Below are positions 39,771 to 51,300 of a DNA stretch of 64,000 bases, piece after piece. Origin of the DNA: Pelagomonas calceolata (Eukaryota). Location of the stretch: assembly GCA_918797485.1 (NCBI GenBank), contig CAKKNE010000003.1:3224001-3288000 (forward strand). The letters run 5' to 3'. Made by a program: the position numbers and the translations under genes. Every line of letters begins with the position of its first letter. The stretch's first letter is position 1. The notes under the pieces are model-generated. The model searched no databases and had not been told where the DNA came from. It was given only the letters and a program-made list of their open reading frames with translations.

Positions 39771-40227
39771 TAGCCGCGGCCTTCAGGTTTGTTGTCAAGG
39801 GGGCCCGGGTGTCTCCCTGCAAAAAAGGGCAATTTTCAACATATTTTCATTTGCGTCACACCGTCCGGTCTCCTTCGCACGATATTGAGGGGGGATAGGG
39901 CCATGCTGCCCGCCGGCCTAGAATTTCCACTGGCAACTGAGAAGGCAACTTGCTGATGTGGCAGAAACAGCCGAGCCTCGTCTAATCGGGTCTTCTTGTC
40001 ACTTTTAAAACAACATTCCTCCCTCTGCGGAGAGCAGCAGCTTTGGGCGCTCGGAGCCGCCGAGACGGCCCAGCAGCTCTTGCGCGGCTCTACGCGACGG
40101 CTGCGGCTGACCCGCGCGCGCAGAGCGCGCTCAAATGGGATAAGCTCGGCTAGTATTATTCTTGCGGCTGCTAGTAGCGGCGGCTAGCTGGCTCATGGGG
40201 GTCGTTTTGTCAGCAAGTAGATAGACC

Positions 40228-42350
40228 CTACTTTGCTGTCGACAACGTGAGCAATGACTGACTGGCTTCTCGGCGACGAATCGTGATTTGCCTTGCCTGA
40301 GTATGAAGCGATTGAATATGCTTAAAGCTCGATAGGAGTTCTCGTTTCTGAACATTTGACGTAACAGGACCTTCCATGTTATTTAGTTTCTTCGTATGTT
40401 GCGTATGTTGCTGTAATGTTACAATTGTGCTAAGTCTATTACTGAGTATTGAAAATGCAGCAGATTGTGGAAGTAACATCAATAGCCCGTACAAACTTTT
40501 TAGCAACAGCGGGTGATACCCAGCATTCACCTCCAAAAGTTGCAGACGGAGCTGAAGAAAAATGGGACTCTCGAGTAACTGAACTAACTTATCCGCCTGC
40601 ATGAGAAATCCCACTGTAACATCCACAAGGGCGAAGTGAGTGATGAGCGAGGCAGCAAGGTCATATGCCTGGGCCAGAAGGCATAAAGCTAGCGTAGCCA
40701 CAGGATTATGGCACCAACATTCATACATTATGATGAACAAATTGGTGGCCTCATCTGGTGCACTTGGCTCCAAGCTGGAACGAAGTACTTCTCGCAGCTC
40801 GTCAAGCTCACGGGCTGTAAGCAATATAAGGCTTAGAGTCTGAACCATAATTGAGCGAAACTCAAGTGCATCTTCGAGCAATGACGAGTTGCCTGAGGTC
40901 CCTTCACTTGGTGTCCCTTGAAGAATGGCGGCTAGAGAAAAGTATATAGACTTGGCGCTCAATAAAGAGCAAAGATAACGAATTATCAAAGAGCCCCTGA
41001 GTTCTAGCAAGCCTCGGTCTTCTGCAAACAAACAGACTATGGCATTCAGGACGCGTTGAAACTCTTGATTATGTAGGAGCGAAATTTGAGCCAGGACTTC
41101 GAGATTTGTTAGGACAACTTCATCAGCTTCATCGGACAATGTCTTTAACAATGCAGGCAAGAGTTCAGAGATAAAGTTCTTCATTTCACCTGGTGCCTTT
41201 TCCAGTAACATGTTAATCCACCTCAAGGTCGCCATTCTAGTAGGGATGTAGTGAGAATCCAGCTCTGTAGTCAAAGTTTGTAACAAAGGAGATAGCTCAA
41301 AATGCTCTTTAGTTGTTTTGACAAACTTTAACAAATCTATGTTTGTATGGCCAGCAACCTGACGAATTTCAATGTCGACGTCTGAAATGCAATGCATGAT
41401 AGCGCCAAGAAGGTCAGAGTAGAATAGCAGCAACTTGTGTCCACCAAGCTTGATGAAATCCCGCACCCATATCATCGCTGTTAGTCGATTGGACCGTTCT
41501 TTGTGTCGACACTGGTCGACAAGAATGCCAACCATCGGGCATAACTCTACCAGCTTGGACCTTTTGATTTCATTTAAGAACCCCCCAATTGCAGAACCAG
41601 CAGCTTGCCGTATCTCTCTGTTGGAATCTGAAAGCATGTGGAATAGGCCATCAAGAAAGTCAGGCAACCAATCTAGCATGTTGATATCAGGCACGGAGTC
41701 GAGAACGGTAATCCAACCTAGCCAGGGAATTAAGATCAGTTTCAAGAATGAATCGCACCAACAAGTAACTGTCGTATGTATGGGTTCGACCGACGAATAT
41801 ATTTTTGTAGGAGAGGAACAAAACGTTCAACATCAAAGCAATTAGATTCAGTAACTATGTCTTTGATCAGTCTGTCCAGTAAATTTGCTCCATTTTTAAC
41901 GTCGATATCAACATCAGCAAACAACTTGCACAGTCCATCAAAAATCTGATTGAAATATCGTAGAACATCACCTCTAGCTACCTTCGCAATGTTATATAGT
42001 GACTCACATGAGTAATATCTCACGCGGCTCTCTGGGTCGTCAAGACAATGCAGGACTGGAGGCAACAACGCATCGAGATACAAGAAGATATCTGGCATCA
42101 ATCCTATGGCTGTAGCCGCTAGCCCGATGAGACCACCCTTACGGTGATTCGTGTTGGTGGATGTAGCAAAATCTTGGCCCAACAAAGCAATTACTGAACA
42201 AATGCGATCGGTGTCACTTTTCTGCTGAAGTGTTTTAACGAGAGCTTCAATCTCTAGAGCTGCGTTTTTTCTTTTGTCATAGGACCGATCACCCAGCGAT
42301 CGCAATATGGCCGGTGGTAACGGACTCTCCGCAGGTTCCTGATCGTCCAT
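40228..42350 (-). CDS. VAC14: VAC14, scaffold of the PIKfyve/Fab1-Fig4 complex
   Basis: LGDRSYDKRKNAALEIE, RKGGLIGLAA, RVRYYSCESLYNIAKV, WCHNPVA, DKLVQLLESPIF and YGLLMLLPQS. Intron 41718-41758. Confidence 0.96.
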
Positions 42351-42955
42351 TTGATTTTTTTTCGCGTTCGCTTAACAATGAGACACCCACCCGCTCAAGG
42401 GAGCTTCCGGGCTTGCCTCGTCAGATCTCTGGGTTGCTAAAAGACTCGGCGCATGATACGTCGTGTCAACGCGGTGCTTGGCTGGGAGGCGTCAAAAGAG
42501 ATCAATTCCAGAGGACGTGGCGATGCCCGCAAAATGGCGCGCTAGCGCGGGGTCTGTTGGACCTGCCGACACGTACACACAGAACCTTACGTACGGGGTG
42601 CGACAAGCTCGTACTGTTGATTATATATATATATATCCAACCAACGCTCCTCCTATTCTCGAAATGGCGGCGGCGGCGGCCAAGACGTCGAGTAATTATG
42701 AGATCATACGGCAAATTTGGGGGTCGGTGACCGGGAAGTAGTCCATGCGTTTTAGATCTTTACTGGGACACCGACCCGGACTTTTGGTATTGCCAGTGCG
42801 TCCCCCGTCATATTTCTCATATTATAATTCAGGCGAGGGAGGATCTAGCGAGAGGAGTGATATTTGTTACATACTCCAGAGAGCGAAGCAATACAATTAA
42901 GCCACCACGTTGTCCTTCGGTGGACAGGTGTGCTGTTCCCTAGTTCGTAATGAGT

Positions 42956-45009
42956 TTAAGCCGCACATGTCTGGTCCTTGCTTTGTTTCTTCCGTTGGAT
43001 GCGTGCTCTTCGTCGACGCCGTTCTGCTACGGTGAGGACGGCATCATCCAGAGAGTCGCCAACTTCAGCATCACAGTTGGTGACATCTCCATCACGAGAT
43101 GTGTCGTCAGTGTCAGAATCAGTGTCGGCATTACCAGACATAACCTGCTCAAAGAGCGTGGGCTCATCATCAAGATTGAGGTCATCAGGATGTGCCTTGT
43201 ACTCTGGAAGCTGGGCTGCAGGAATTACAGTCATTTTAACTTGCTCCCTAACATCAAGGCCAAGATAATCAGTTGACTTCAAGTCGACATTAAAAACATA
43301 AATGCCAGCTTGAGGAGGTGCTAGGAATTTAACTCGATGATTCACAACCTTGGACTGAGCATTGACCTTGTCAGCAAGGATGAGATTTCCGGCGGTGTCA
43401 GAGACAAGAATCCACCAAGATTCAAGCCGCGTAGAGGGAAAATAAGGAGCATGAACAAGAGGAGCTAGCCTACCATCAGCTATATTCGAGCGATCAAACG
43501 CAACCAGGAGCGTCACAAGATCGCGCTCGGCAATCTCACTTTCGTCCTCAACATAAAGATCGAATTTGCATCTGAGGCGAGGCATTATCTTGCACGCGTG
43601 CTCAATATCAGCGCACTGCATATCTGACATGCCAGCGAGTCCCTTTTTATGTTCATCAGGCACATCTAGGTACTCACGCAAACCCTTCACGGCGCTTTTG
43701 CCTTTGATGCAATGATGGATCTCCTTATTTCCAAAATGGGGTAGTTGCGCCAAGGAATGGTCCTTGATCCATAGTGCTTGTGTCAGGCACTGTGAAAAGT
43801 CAATTATGTTAATCGAGGTCTGCAGCCATCGCTGGGATTGCGCCAGCTCCACCATGGCGTCAATCAATGTCGATGCATTTCCTAACAGTTTGTGCAAATC
43901 AACACGTAGTAGAGCTGACATTTCCAAGCGATGCACATGAGCATGAAGTAGTGCATTTCCTTTCAGAACAATTGGGTGCTCAAATCGTGGCTTTTGCATT
44001 AGACCTTGCCGGAGTTTAGTGATGAGCCGAGAAAGTTCTGCTTGTCTGGAGGATGCACCAACACTAACCGGGAATCTGTTTTCGGCGGCACCTGCAAGAA
44101 CCTCGGGTAGCATTTTTACTGTCGAATGCTCTGACAGAACGTGCAAAAAAAAACTATACGTCTCATACATAACATTATTTTCTCCAAACTTGCGAGAGTA
44201 CTGGTACCAGGCTGCAACAATTGCAGGAATGATGACCACAAGGACCCCAAGGTAAATGCAAAGGATTGCATAATGATTAGCTTCATCCAGAAGAAAGGTT
44301 GGCAGACCTATAGAAACCTCAAGCGACTGCTTTCCGTCTGGATTGCCGTACTCGAGCCAATTCCTCTTAGCTTCGTCGTCTGTGAGGGCCTCATAAGCCT
44401 TCGCCACCTTCATGAACATCTCTTCAGCAATCTTATTACCTGGATTTTTGTCTGGATGATATTCAAGTGAAAGTTTGCGATATGCTTTGCGAATTTCTTT
44501 ATCCTCGGCATTCGATGCGACTCCCAAAATCTTGAACGGATCAAATGATGCGAGCTCAGCATCGAATGTGAGCGCCTACACGACAGAGTTGCGTACCTTA
44601 GTTAGAGAAATATCGTACCCGAATCAACATAAGAAGCACCACCCAGGCCGTGACGAGAAGGGAGGCATTTATTATAAATCGCGCATTGGTGAGGAGTCTC
44701 GTGACCGATTGCCGTTCACTTAGTTCCCTTGCCTTCGCTTTCTCGACACCTGTTGCTGGAATGCGCGCCAAGCTGTAACGTTTAGATTTGAATGACACTG
44801 GGGTAGTACTAGTTCTAGCTACATCGCTGAAACGCTGCTGCGGCATCATGATGCCTATGTGCACGGTATCAACATGCCTAGGGTCACGATTGCGCCGTTT
44901 CTTCACGATAGACGTACGCCAAGATCCAAAAAGTTGTCGGAATGACATAAATTCCGAGCATCGTCATGCCAAAGTAATAAAATGCCGAATTATCATAGTC
45001 AAGCGCCAT
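42956..45009 (-). CDS. SEC63: Translocon J-protein SEC63; several 5' introns
   Basis: MALDYDNSAFYYF start, TM segments, J-domain FDPFKILG...YHPDKNP, YGNPDG...SIGLP, Sec63/Brl domain VHAPYFP..RLESWW and an acidic tail. Confidence 0.93.
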
Positions 45010-45039
45010 CGGCGAATAGCGATCAGCTTACTACCTACG

Positions 45040-45807
45040 GTAACTTGGTATTCCCACCGTGACACCTACCCGGGCCCGATAATCGTACAGGACCTCGACC
45101 TTACCCTAGCACGTGCCTCGAGACCCTAGATTTTGAGGCGCGCGAGCTTTTGGTTCACCGCGACGACCGTCGATACGGTCCCAACCGCGACACATAATAC
45201 GACACTATCTCCAGCTTCTCGAGCGCTTGAACGCGGCCGCAGTGTCCGAGAGTACCCCACGCATGTGTCTGACCCAATGTCTTCTTTAGGGCATGCCGTC
45301 TGGCGATTTCTGCTACGTCGCGCCGCGGGGCGGTACGCCGAGCATGATCTCCGCGCGTTCCACTGGCTTTGTTACCTTCTCGGGCAGCCTCGGTTCAGCG
45401 AAAGTTTTTCGCGCGGAGCCCCACGAGGCTCGTTATGGGTGCGTCAAGGGCCGAGCTTCAGGTCAGCTTTTCTTGGCCGCATCGCGTGCCCGACCGCCAC
45501 TACCACCGCGGCACACTCGAGGCATCCCAGAGCAACTTCCACCTTGCTTGCGGAGACCGCCGGGCAGCGGCGTCATCGCGAACTAGTGCTGCGATTCTGC
45601 GTGAGATTTCGCCCCAGGAGAGCATTTCAGCACGCCATAAAACCACGAAACGCGGTCGCCACGGCAGCCCGCACGCGTGGGCTGCGACGAAGGTGCCGTC
45701 CTGCGGCCCCGACCCCGCAATCGCAGCCAGGGCTGCGAATCTCCGTGCTGTGCCGCCTCAAAAAGTCGGCCCCGTCACGGTGCGGGGCGAAAACCCAAGT
45801 TACATTT
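45040..45807 (+). mobile_element. TIR non-autonomous element family R1, copy 2
   Basis: GTAACTTGG (45040) ... GGGGCGAAAACCCAAGTTAC (45784-45803). Paralog of 26255-26913; an internal fragment also occurs at ~19838-19890. Confidence 0.8.
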
Positions 45808-46831
45808 CCGAGTCATACAAGTCATACTGTGTACTAGTCTAGTTTACTAATACACAAGACAACCTGAAGGGTTTTGCTCGATCCCGAAATCCCTCCGACG
45901 GCCCTGGGGTCTGTGTACTAAAACCGGCGAATATTATGATGGGGGAAACTAAGGGCATCTCACCCCCCAGACAGAAACTAGCCAGTCACCGTGACCGTGA
46001 CTCGGACCCGGGCCGTGACGGTGGCCCAATGGTAAGCTTACCGAACCCTGTCACGGTGCTCTCACCAGATAAGTTCAATTTGCCTTCCGTTCCGAGTCGG
46101 AACCTTTGGGTGTCACAGTACAGGCCCGGCGGCCCGGTGGGGGCTGCCAGTCAATAGCCAGTGGCCCAGTGCCAGTCGCCCGCCAGCCCGGGGGGTTCAA
46201 GCCGCCTGAGTTTCACCTTCAAAGTCGGGCGACATCTAGTCGCTTACAAAATATCGCCAATTTGGCCCCTCAACTTGAAGGCAGCGCCGCGGCCGGTCTG
46301 GGATGGGGGATTTGGCCTTAGGTAGCTTCACAGAGTCTCTGGAGGCTAGATTGAACTCAGGCTCGACTCGGCCGGGAAGTTGAAAGCTAAGGCTAAAGCT
46401 AGCACTTCAAGTTATACTAGCACTTGCAGGACCCGGCGAGGTAGCTACCATTTTTTTAAAAACGCTGCGCCGTTCTCTATCTTTGGGTTGGTTCCTATCC
46501 TGGCAAGCCAGGGCGACAAGTTAGTGCTCAGCTGTTAGCTGGCAATTTACCTGGCAGTGGCAAAAGTCCTTCAAAATCCTTATGCTCAATGGAGCTGCCC
46601 TGGACGGTAGTGCCCGGGAAATGAACACGCTGACAAATATTGACTGCACTTGCTATAGGCTCTGCTGCCTTCTTGTCGTCGCGGAATCGCAACGGAGTGG
46701 AATTTATACCCTACCGTGTATCGCACCAGGAGCTAAAGATATTACGCCTTGACCTTGTCCACCGGCGCCTTGCATTTCAAGCAGCCCAACAGCGGCCATT
46801 GTCGTGGCCTAACCTCTACGTGGGGACGGGA

Positions 46832-47248
46832 CTAGGATAGGTAGATAAACGCAAGGATAAGGAGGCGCACTCCGAGATTTGATGTGTCCTCGGTCGCTGG
46901 TGCAACCCGATCGAAGCGTGGCAACTGCAGAAATTTCGGTGAGGCGCCGTCACGGCGCATTGCTGTGCGAGGTCGACCACAGGATGCTTTTTGTGCTGTG
47001 CCGACGGGGGCATGCATCGCGGCGGTAAAGTATGCAGTTGTGCTATGGCGTGGTCTCGCGCGTGCAGACTGCGACCGGAGGCACGCACCGTCGGGCGCAG
47101 CCATCTTATCTGCGGGAGGTGCAGAACGCGGTCGGGAAATAGGAATCTTGGGTCGCTCGTGGTCACTCTGGCGCTGTGCCATCGAGCCCGACTCAGGCGC
47201 GCTGCTCTCGGAAAGCAGCAGCTCGTTGCCGCTTTCATCGATATTCAT
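46832..47248 (-). CDS. Possible hypothetical low-complexity protein (RPRSAP/RPRTA motifs), divergent from CFAP54
   Basis: ORF MNIDESG... with a plausible downstream GT-AG intron. No family recognised. Confidence 0.3.
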   Translation of the reverse strand: MNIDESGNELLLSESSAPESGSMAQRQSDHERPKIPISRPRSAPPADKMAAPDGACLRSQSARARPRHSTTAYFTAAMHAPVGTAQKASCGRPRTAMRRDGASPKFLQLPRFDRVAPATEDTSNLGVRLLILAFIYLS

Positions 47249-48364
47249 CGCGAAGGGCCGTCGTCGTGTTGTTGGTCTTTCCACGGCCAAACTTTGATGC
47301 TCTAAATCAATCACAGTGCACATTGTGAACTGTCACAGGTACTGCGGTACCGTAGGTAGAACAATCTACCTACGGTACCTACGGTACCTACTGGTACGGT
47401 GCCAGCTTGTAGGGGCTAAGTTTCAGTACAGTACCTACGGTACCCGAATTATCCGGAGTAACGGGTGCTTGTGAAGTATCCTATCCGCGAGAGACTGGCG
47501 ACTTACCGTAGTACCGTGACATGGAACCGTGGCCAAGTATTCAAGTTGACGTACCGCCGGCGACCCGCAAATCCGATCCGACTCGGAGTCATCATGATGA
47601 GTCCGAGTCCTCCGAGTCCGTCACGGTCCTTACTAGTACTTGTTAAAAGTGGTCACGGTGGCACCGTCATCATGACTCGGATTGCTGTGAGACGCTCTTC
47701 GCCCGGGCCGGCGAGTTTCTGTTCAGCTCAGGCTTCAGCTTTTGCTTGATCAAGCGCGTTTTTCAAGAGCTCGTTTATTGCAGCTGTATCCATCTCTGGG
47801 GCTTCGCTCTTTTTGGGCGATTTTTCTTTTGTTTTCTTTTTAGCCTGAGGTCACGGTGTCACGGTTTGTTCTTGTTTTCTAGGCATTCACTGTAAAGCAC
47901 TCTACGTCAATAGGCGAGACCTTGTGGGCCCATAACCTAGCAAGAGTATGTCGCAGCGTTATGTAAAGTAGCAGGGTCCTAGCTCACCAGCCGAGGGCTG
48001 GGCCAACCCGGGCCCGGGCCGTGACCTAACTACGAGAGTGTTTTATAGCAATTTGTTGTTACACCGTAGCGTCAAAGACACTCGCTGTATAGACTCCAAA
48101 CTTAGAGAGTGGGAGATGCATATCTAGGGTAGGAAGGGCTAGTAGGTTTCTCTCTCTGGTACACGCATCATCATCGTATCATGCAACGGATATATAACCT
48201 ATCCACATCCACAGCTGAACCTTAACGTGCAGGAGGCACGACGTGCAACTCCGCAAAGCTCAAAGGACCCAACTGACAACTCCGATCCGAGGCCCCGCGA
48301 CGGACCGGCTGCCGGCGAGGTGGAGCGAGAAGAAAAAAACAAGGCGCGATCATTTAAAATAAGG

Positions 48365-51300
48365 ATGATGTCGACGGCGGCAAGCTCATCGGAGCACCCG
48401 CGAAGATCTGACTACGAATGCGATCCGGTCACTGCGCCTGTTGAGTTCTCGCGCGACTTCCAAGATCTGGTATTGGTGCCGCTAATCGAGAGCAGGCGGG
48501 TCCTCGCAATCCGCGGCTGCCTGGAGCAAGGCGCAGAGGCAGCGCCGCGGTCACCGGTCGTCGCCGCGGCACGGCAAACGTTCTGGATTCGGGTTCGTCA
48601 GAAGGTCGATGGCGGAGGGGCTGCACGCCTGGCGTTGCAATGCGGCATCCGTCTCCTCGAGCTGGGCGAGCTCTCGGTAGCAGAGGCTTTCTTCGAGGAG
48701 GTGCTCGTGCGCGCGCGCGACCTTGTGACTAATGATCCCGATGATGAGGTTGAAGCGGCAGGATGGCATGCGGATGCGACCTATGGCCGCGTGGAGTGTG
48801 AGATCCTTCGGATTTTGGCCCGTGATGGAAACGTGCGGTACCCAAGGTCAGCCCAGCGGCTACTCGCGGCCGCGAAAAGTGCTCGCAACGCAATGGTAGA
48901 CCTACTAGCACTGCCCACACGTGATCATGAGCGCATTGCCTGGCTCCTGCTCAACGGTGCAATTCTACTCCACGGAGTTGCCGAACCGCTTGCCGCGCGA
49001 GGCGGCCCCCTCGCGCGACACGCTGCCGAGCATTTGCTATGGGCGGCACGAGCCCTCGATGCAAGCGTTGGCCTCGCAACAATTAAGTGCGCATCGGTGT
49101 ACTTACTTATGTATGTGCTCGCTTCATTGCTGACCAACCGCAGGTACCTGCCCGCACGATGTCGGCTCTACGCGCTCGCGGCACGAGCATGTGACGATGC
49201 CGGGTGCCCAGAAGCCGCCCGGGCGGTGCTGGCACTCCTTGGTGACTCTACACATGCTCTACGCGCCGCAGAGGAGATGCAACAGCCACTACCGCCACCT
49301 ATTGCCGCCAAGCTCCGCGCCGCCGATGAAGACTTGGCGATCCTTGCAGTCGCTGCGGACGCGGCGGCGTACGGCACGCTTGCGGACGACACAGGCGACC
49401 CTGGCGAGACGGAGGCGGCAGCTGAGCCCATTCTCACAAATGCAGGTCTAGGTGACACTGCTACAGTGCGCGGGCGACGGCTGCGCGCACGTGCACTTCT
49501 CGAAGCGGCCGTAGTCCCAAACGCACGTGGCCTCGCCGGTGCAGTTGGTGGCCCCGGTGCGCCATGCACGCGTGAGCGCGCGCGCCGCGCAGCGCTTGCG
49601 CGTGCGTGCGCGGAGGTAGCGGCACCAATTAGTGGCGACATCCCCACACTCGACGCACCGCAGCTAACGTCGCTTGCACGCACACTCTTTGTTCTTGGCG
49701 AGCGTGCAGAATTCAGGCGCGTGGCGGCCATTGCACAGGGGGTAGTCGACGCAGCCGCAAACATCGCCGATGCCGCAGACTATTCTAGCGTTGGTGCGTT
49801 CTCAAGCGGCGCTAGCTCCGCCGGTGAAGTCGAGCCGCCTCGGGAGCTTGCTGCTGGTGCGGCTGCACCACTGCGTGCTGAGCACGCACCGGCGTAAGCC
49901 TGGTTCACATTTGATTTCCCGTGACAAGTGATCGAGACTAGTCGCTTCCCACAGGCTGGAGCTCCTCAGAGCACTTGATACATTTCTTGCGTGGGACGGC
50001 GCAGCCGCTCGTGACGCTGCAGCCACGACAGCTGCACGCTCCGAGGCCGCACGCACAGATGTGAATGCTGCAACACAATGCGGCGACAGCGAGACCTTGG
50101 CGCAGGCACGCGAAGCTGTTTCCGGATACGTGCTCGCGGCAGAGGCTGCGGCAGCGGACACGGTCTCCGTCGTACCCTCTGATGGCGGTTCGGTCGTGCC
50201 CATGGCGCGTGCTATGGCCATTGCCACAAAACTACGCGCTGCATGCGCCGGCATGACCAGCTTCGCGACAGTCACGTGTCGGCCAGATATCCTTGTTGAT
50301 ATCGCCGTGTTCCTCTGGCGCGCGGTCTGTCTCCCTGTACTCGCAGCCCTGGAGAAGCAGCGAGTCCTTGACATAGACACTGCGGCGACCGAGACCGTGG
50401 CGTGGCGCCAAACCAAAGGTATTGGCATCGCACCTGCGCCAGCGGGCGAAGAGATCGCGCGTCTCTTCCTGACGTCCGCATCTGCGGTCCACGTTGCACA
50501 CCGCGCGGACATTTCAAGGCCACAGACGCATCGTAGATAATTCATCGGGGCGCGCGCGTGCGTGAGAAATCAGGGGGGTGGACGTGTGATGCCTACGTAG
50601 GTTGTGTTGACGCGAGTGGATGCTGACGACGCAATACTCCGCGCGCGAGTCGCGCTCACGTTGGGTCATGAGCTCCGCGATCATGCGCATAAATTTGCGG
50701 CCTCTGGCCGTGGCAGCAGCGGTGGCACGCTTCGCGCAGCTGTCCAGACGTTACGCGTCGCACTCAACGCGGCCAATAGGGCACGTGCGGAGGCTGCTGA
50801 TCCAGATCTCCACGAGCCTGTCGAGGCGGCAGATCACGCTGCGCTCGCGCGCCAGTCCATTACAGCCGAGGTTGATGACGTGTCCGCTGCAGCGGCTGCC
50901 GCGGGTCGCCTAGGCGCACACGGCTATGGCGGGTCAGGTATTTTCGGTGCGGGCTCGCAGCTTGACACCCTAGACCAAGCGCTGGCTGCTGTGCATCTCG
51001 ACCTCATCGACGCACGCGCCTGCGTGAATCACCAACCCCCCGCCTCCCCCCAAGTCCCTCTCTCGATCGCTAGCCGTATGCCAACCTCGCACGGAACCCA
51101 GAAAGTTTCTCGGGGCGCATTGGGAGGGATATTTCGTTAACTGCTCAGGCGCTTGCGCTGGCCGAGCTCGACCTGGCTGAGAGCGAGCATCGCCCGCCAC
51201 GGTGCGGCAGCCACAAGACGAACGCGCGGTCAGTCCAACCGCGTGCTGAGGCGCGCTTTCTCGCTGAGCTTGGGTGCCACCACGCCGCAGTTGCGGTCAC

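Noticed and set aside
45133..45837. 234-aa ORF MRRASFWFTATT and its twin at 26433-26792
   Set aside because: TTG-started frames within repeat R1. Indels shift the frame between copies and there is no transposase motif.
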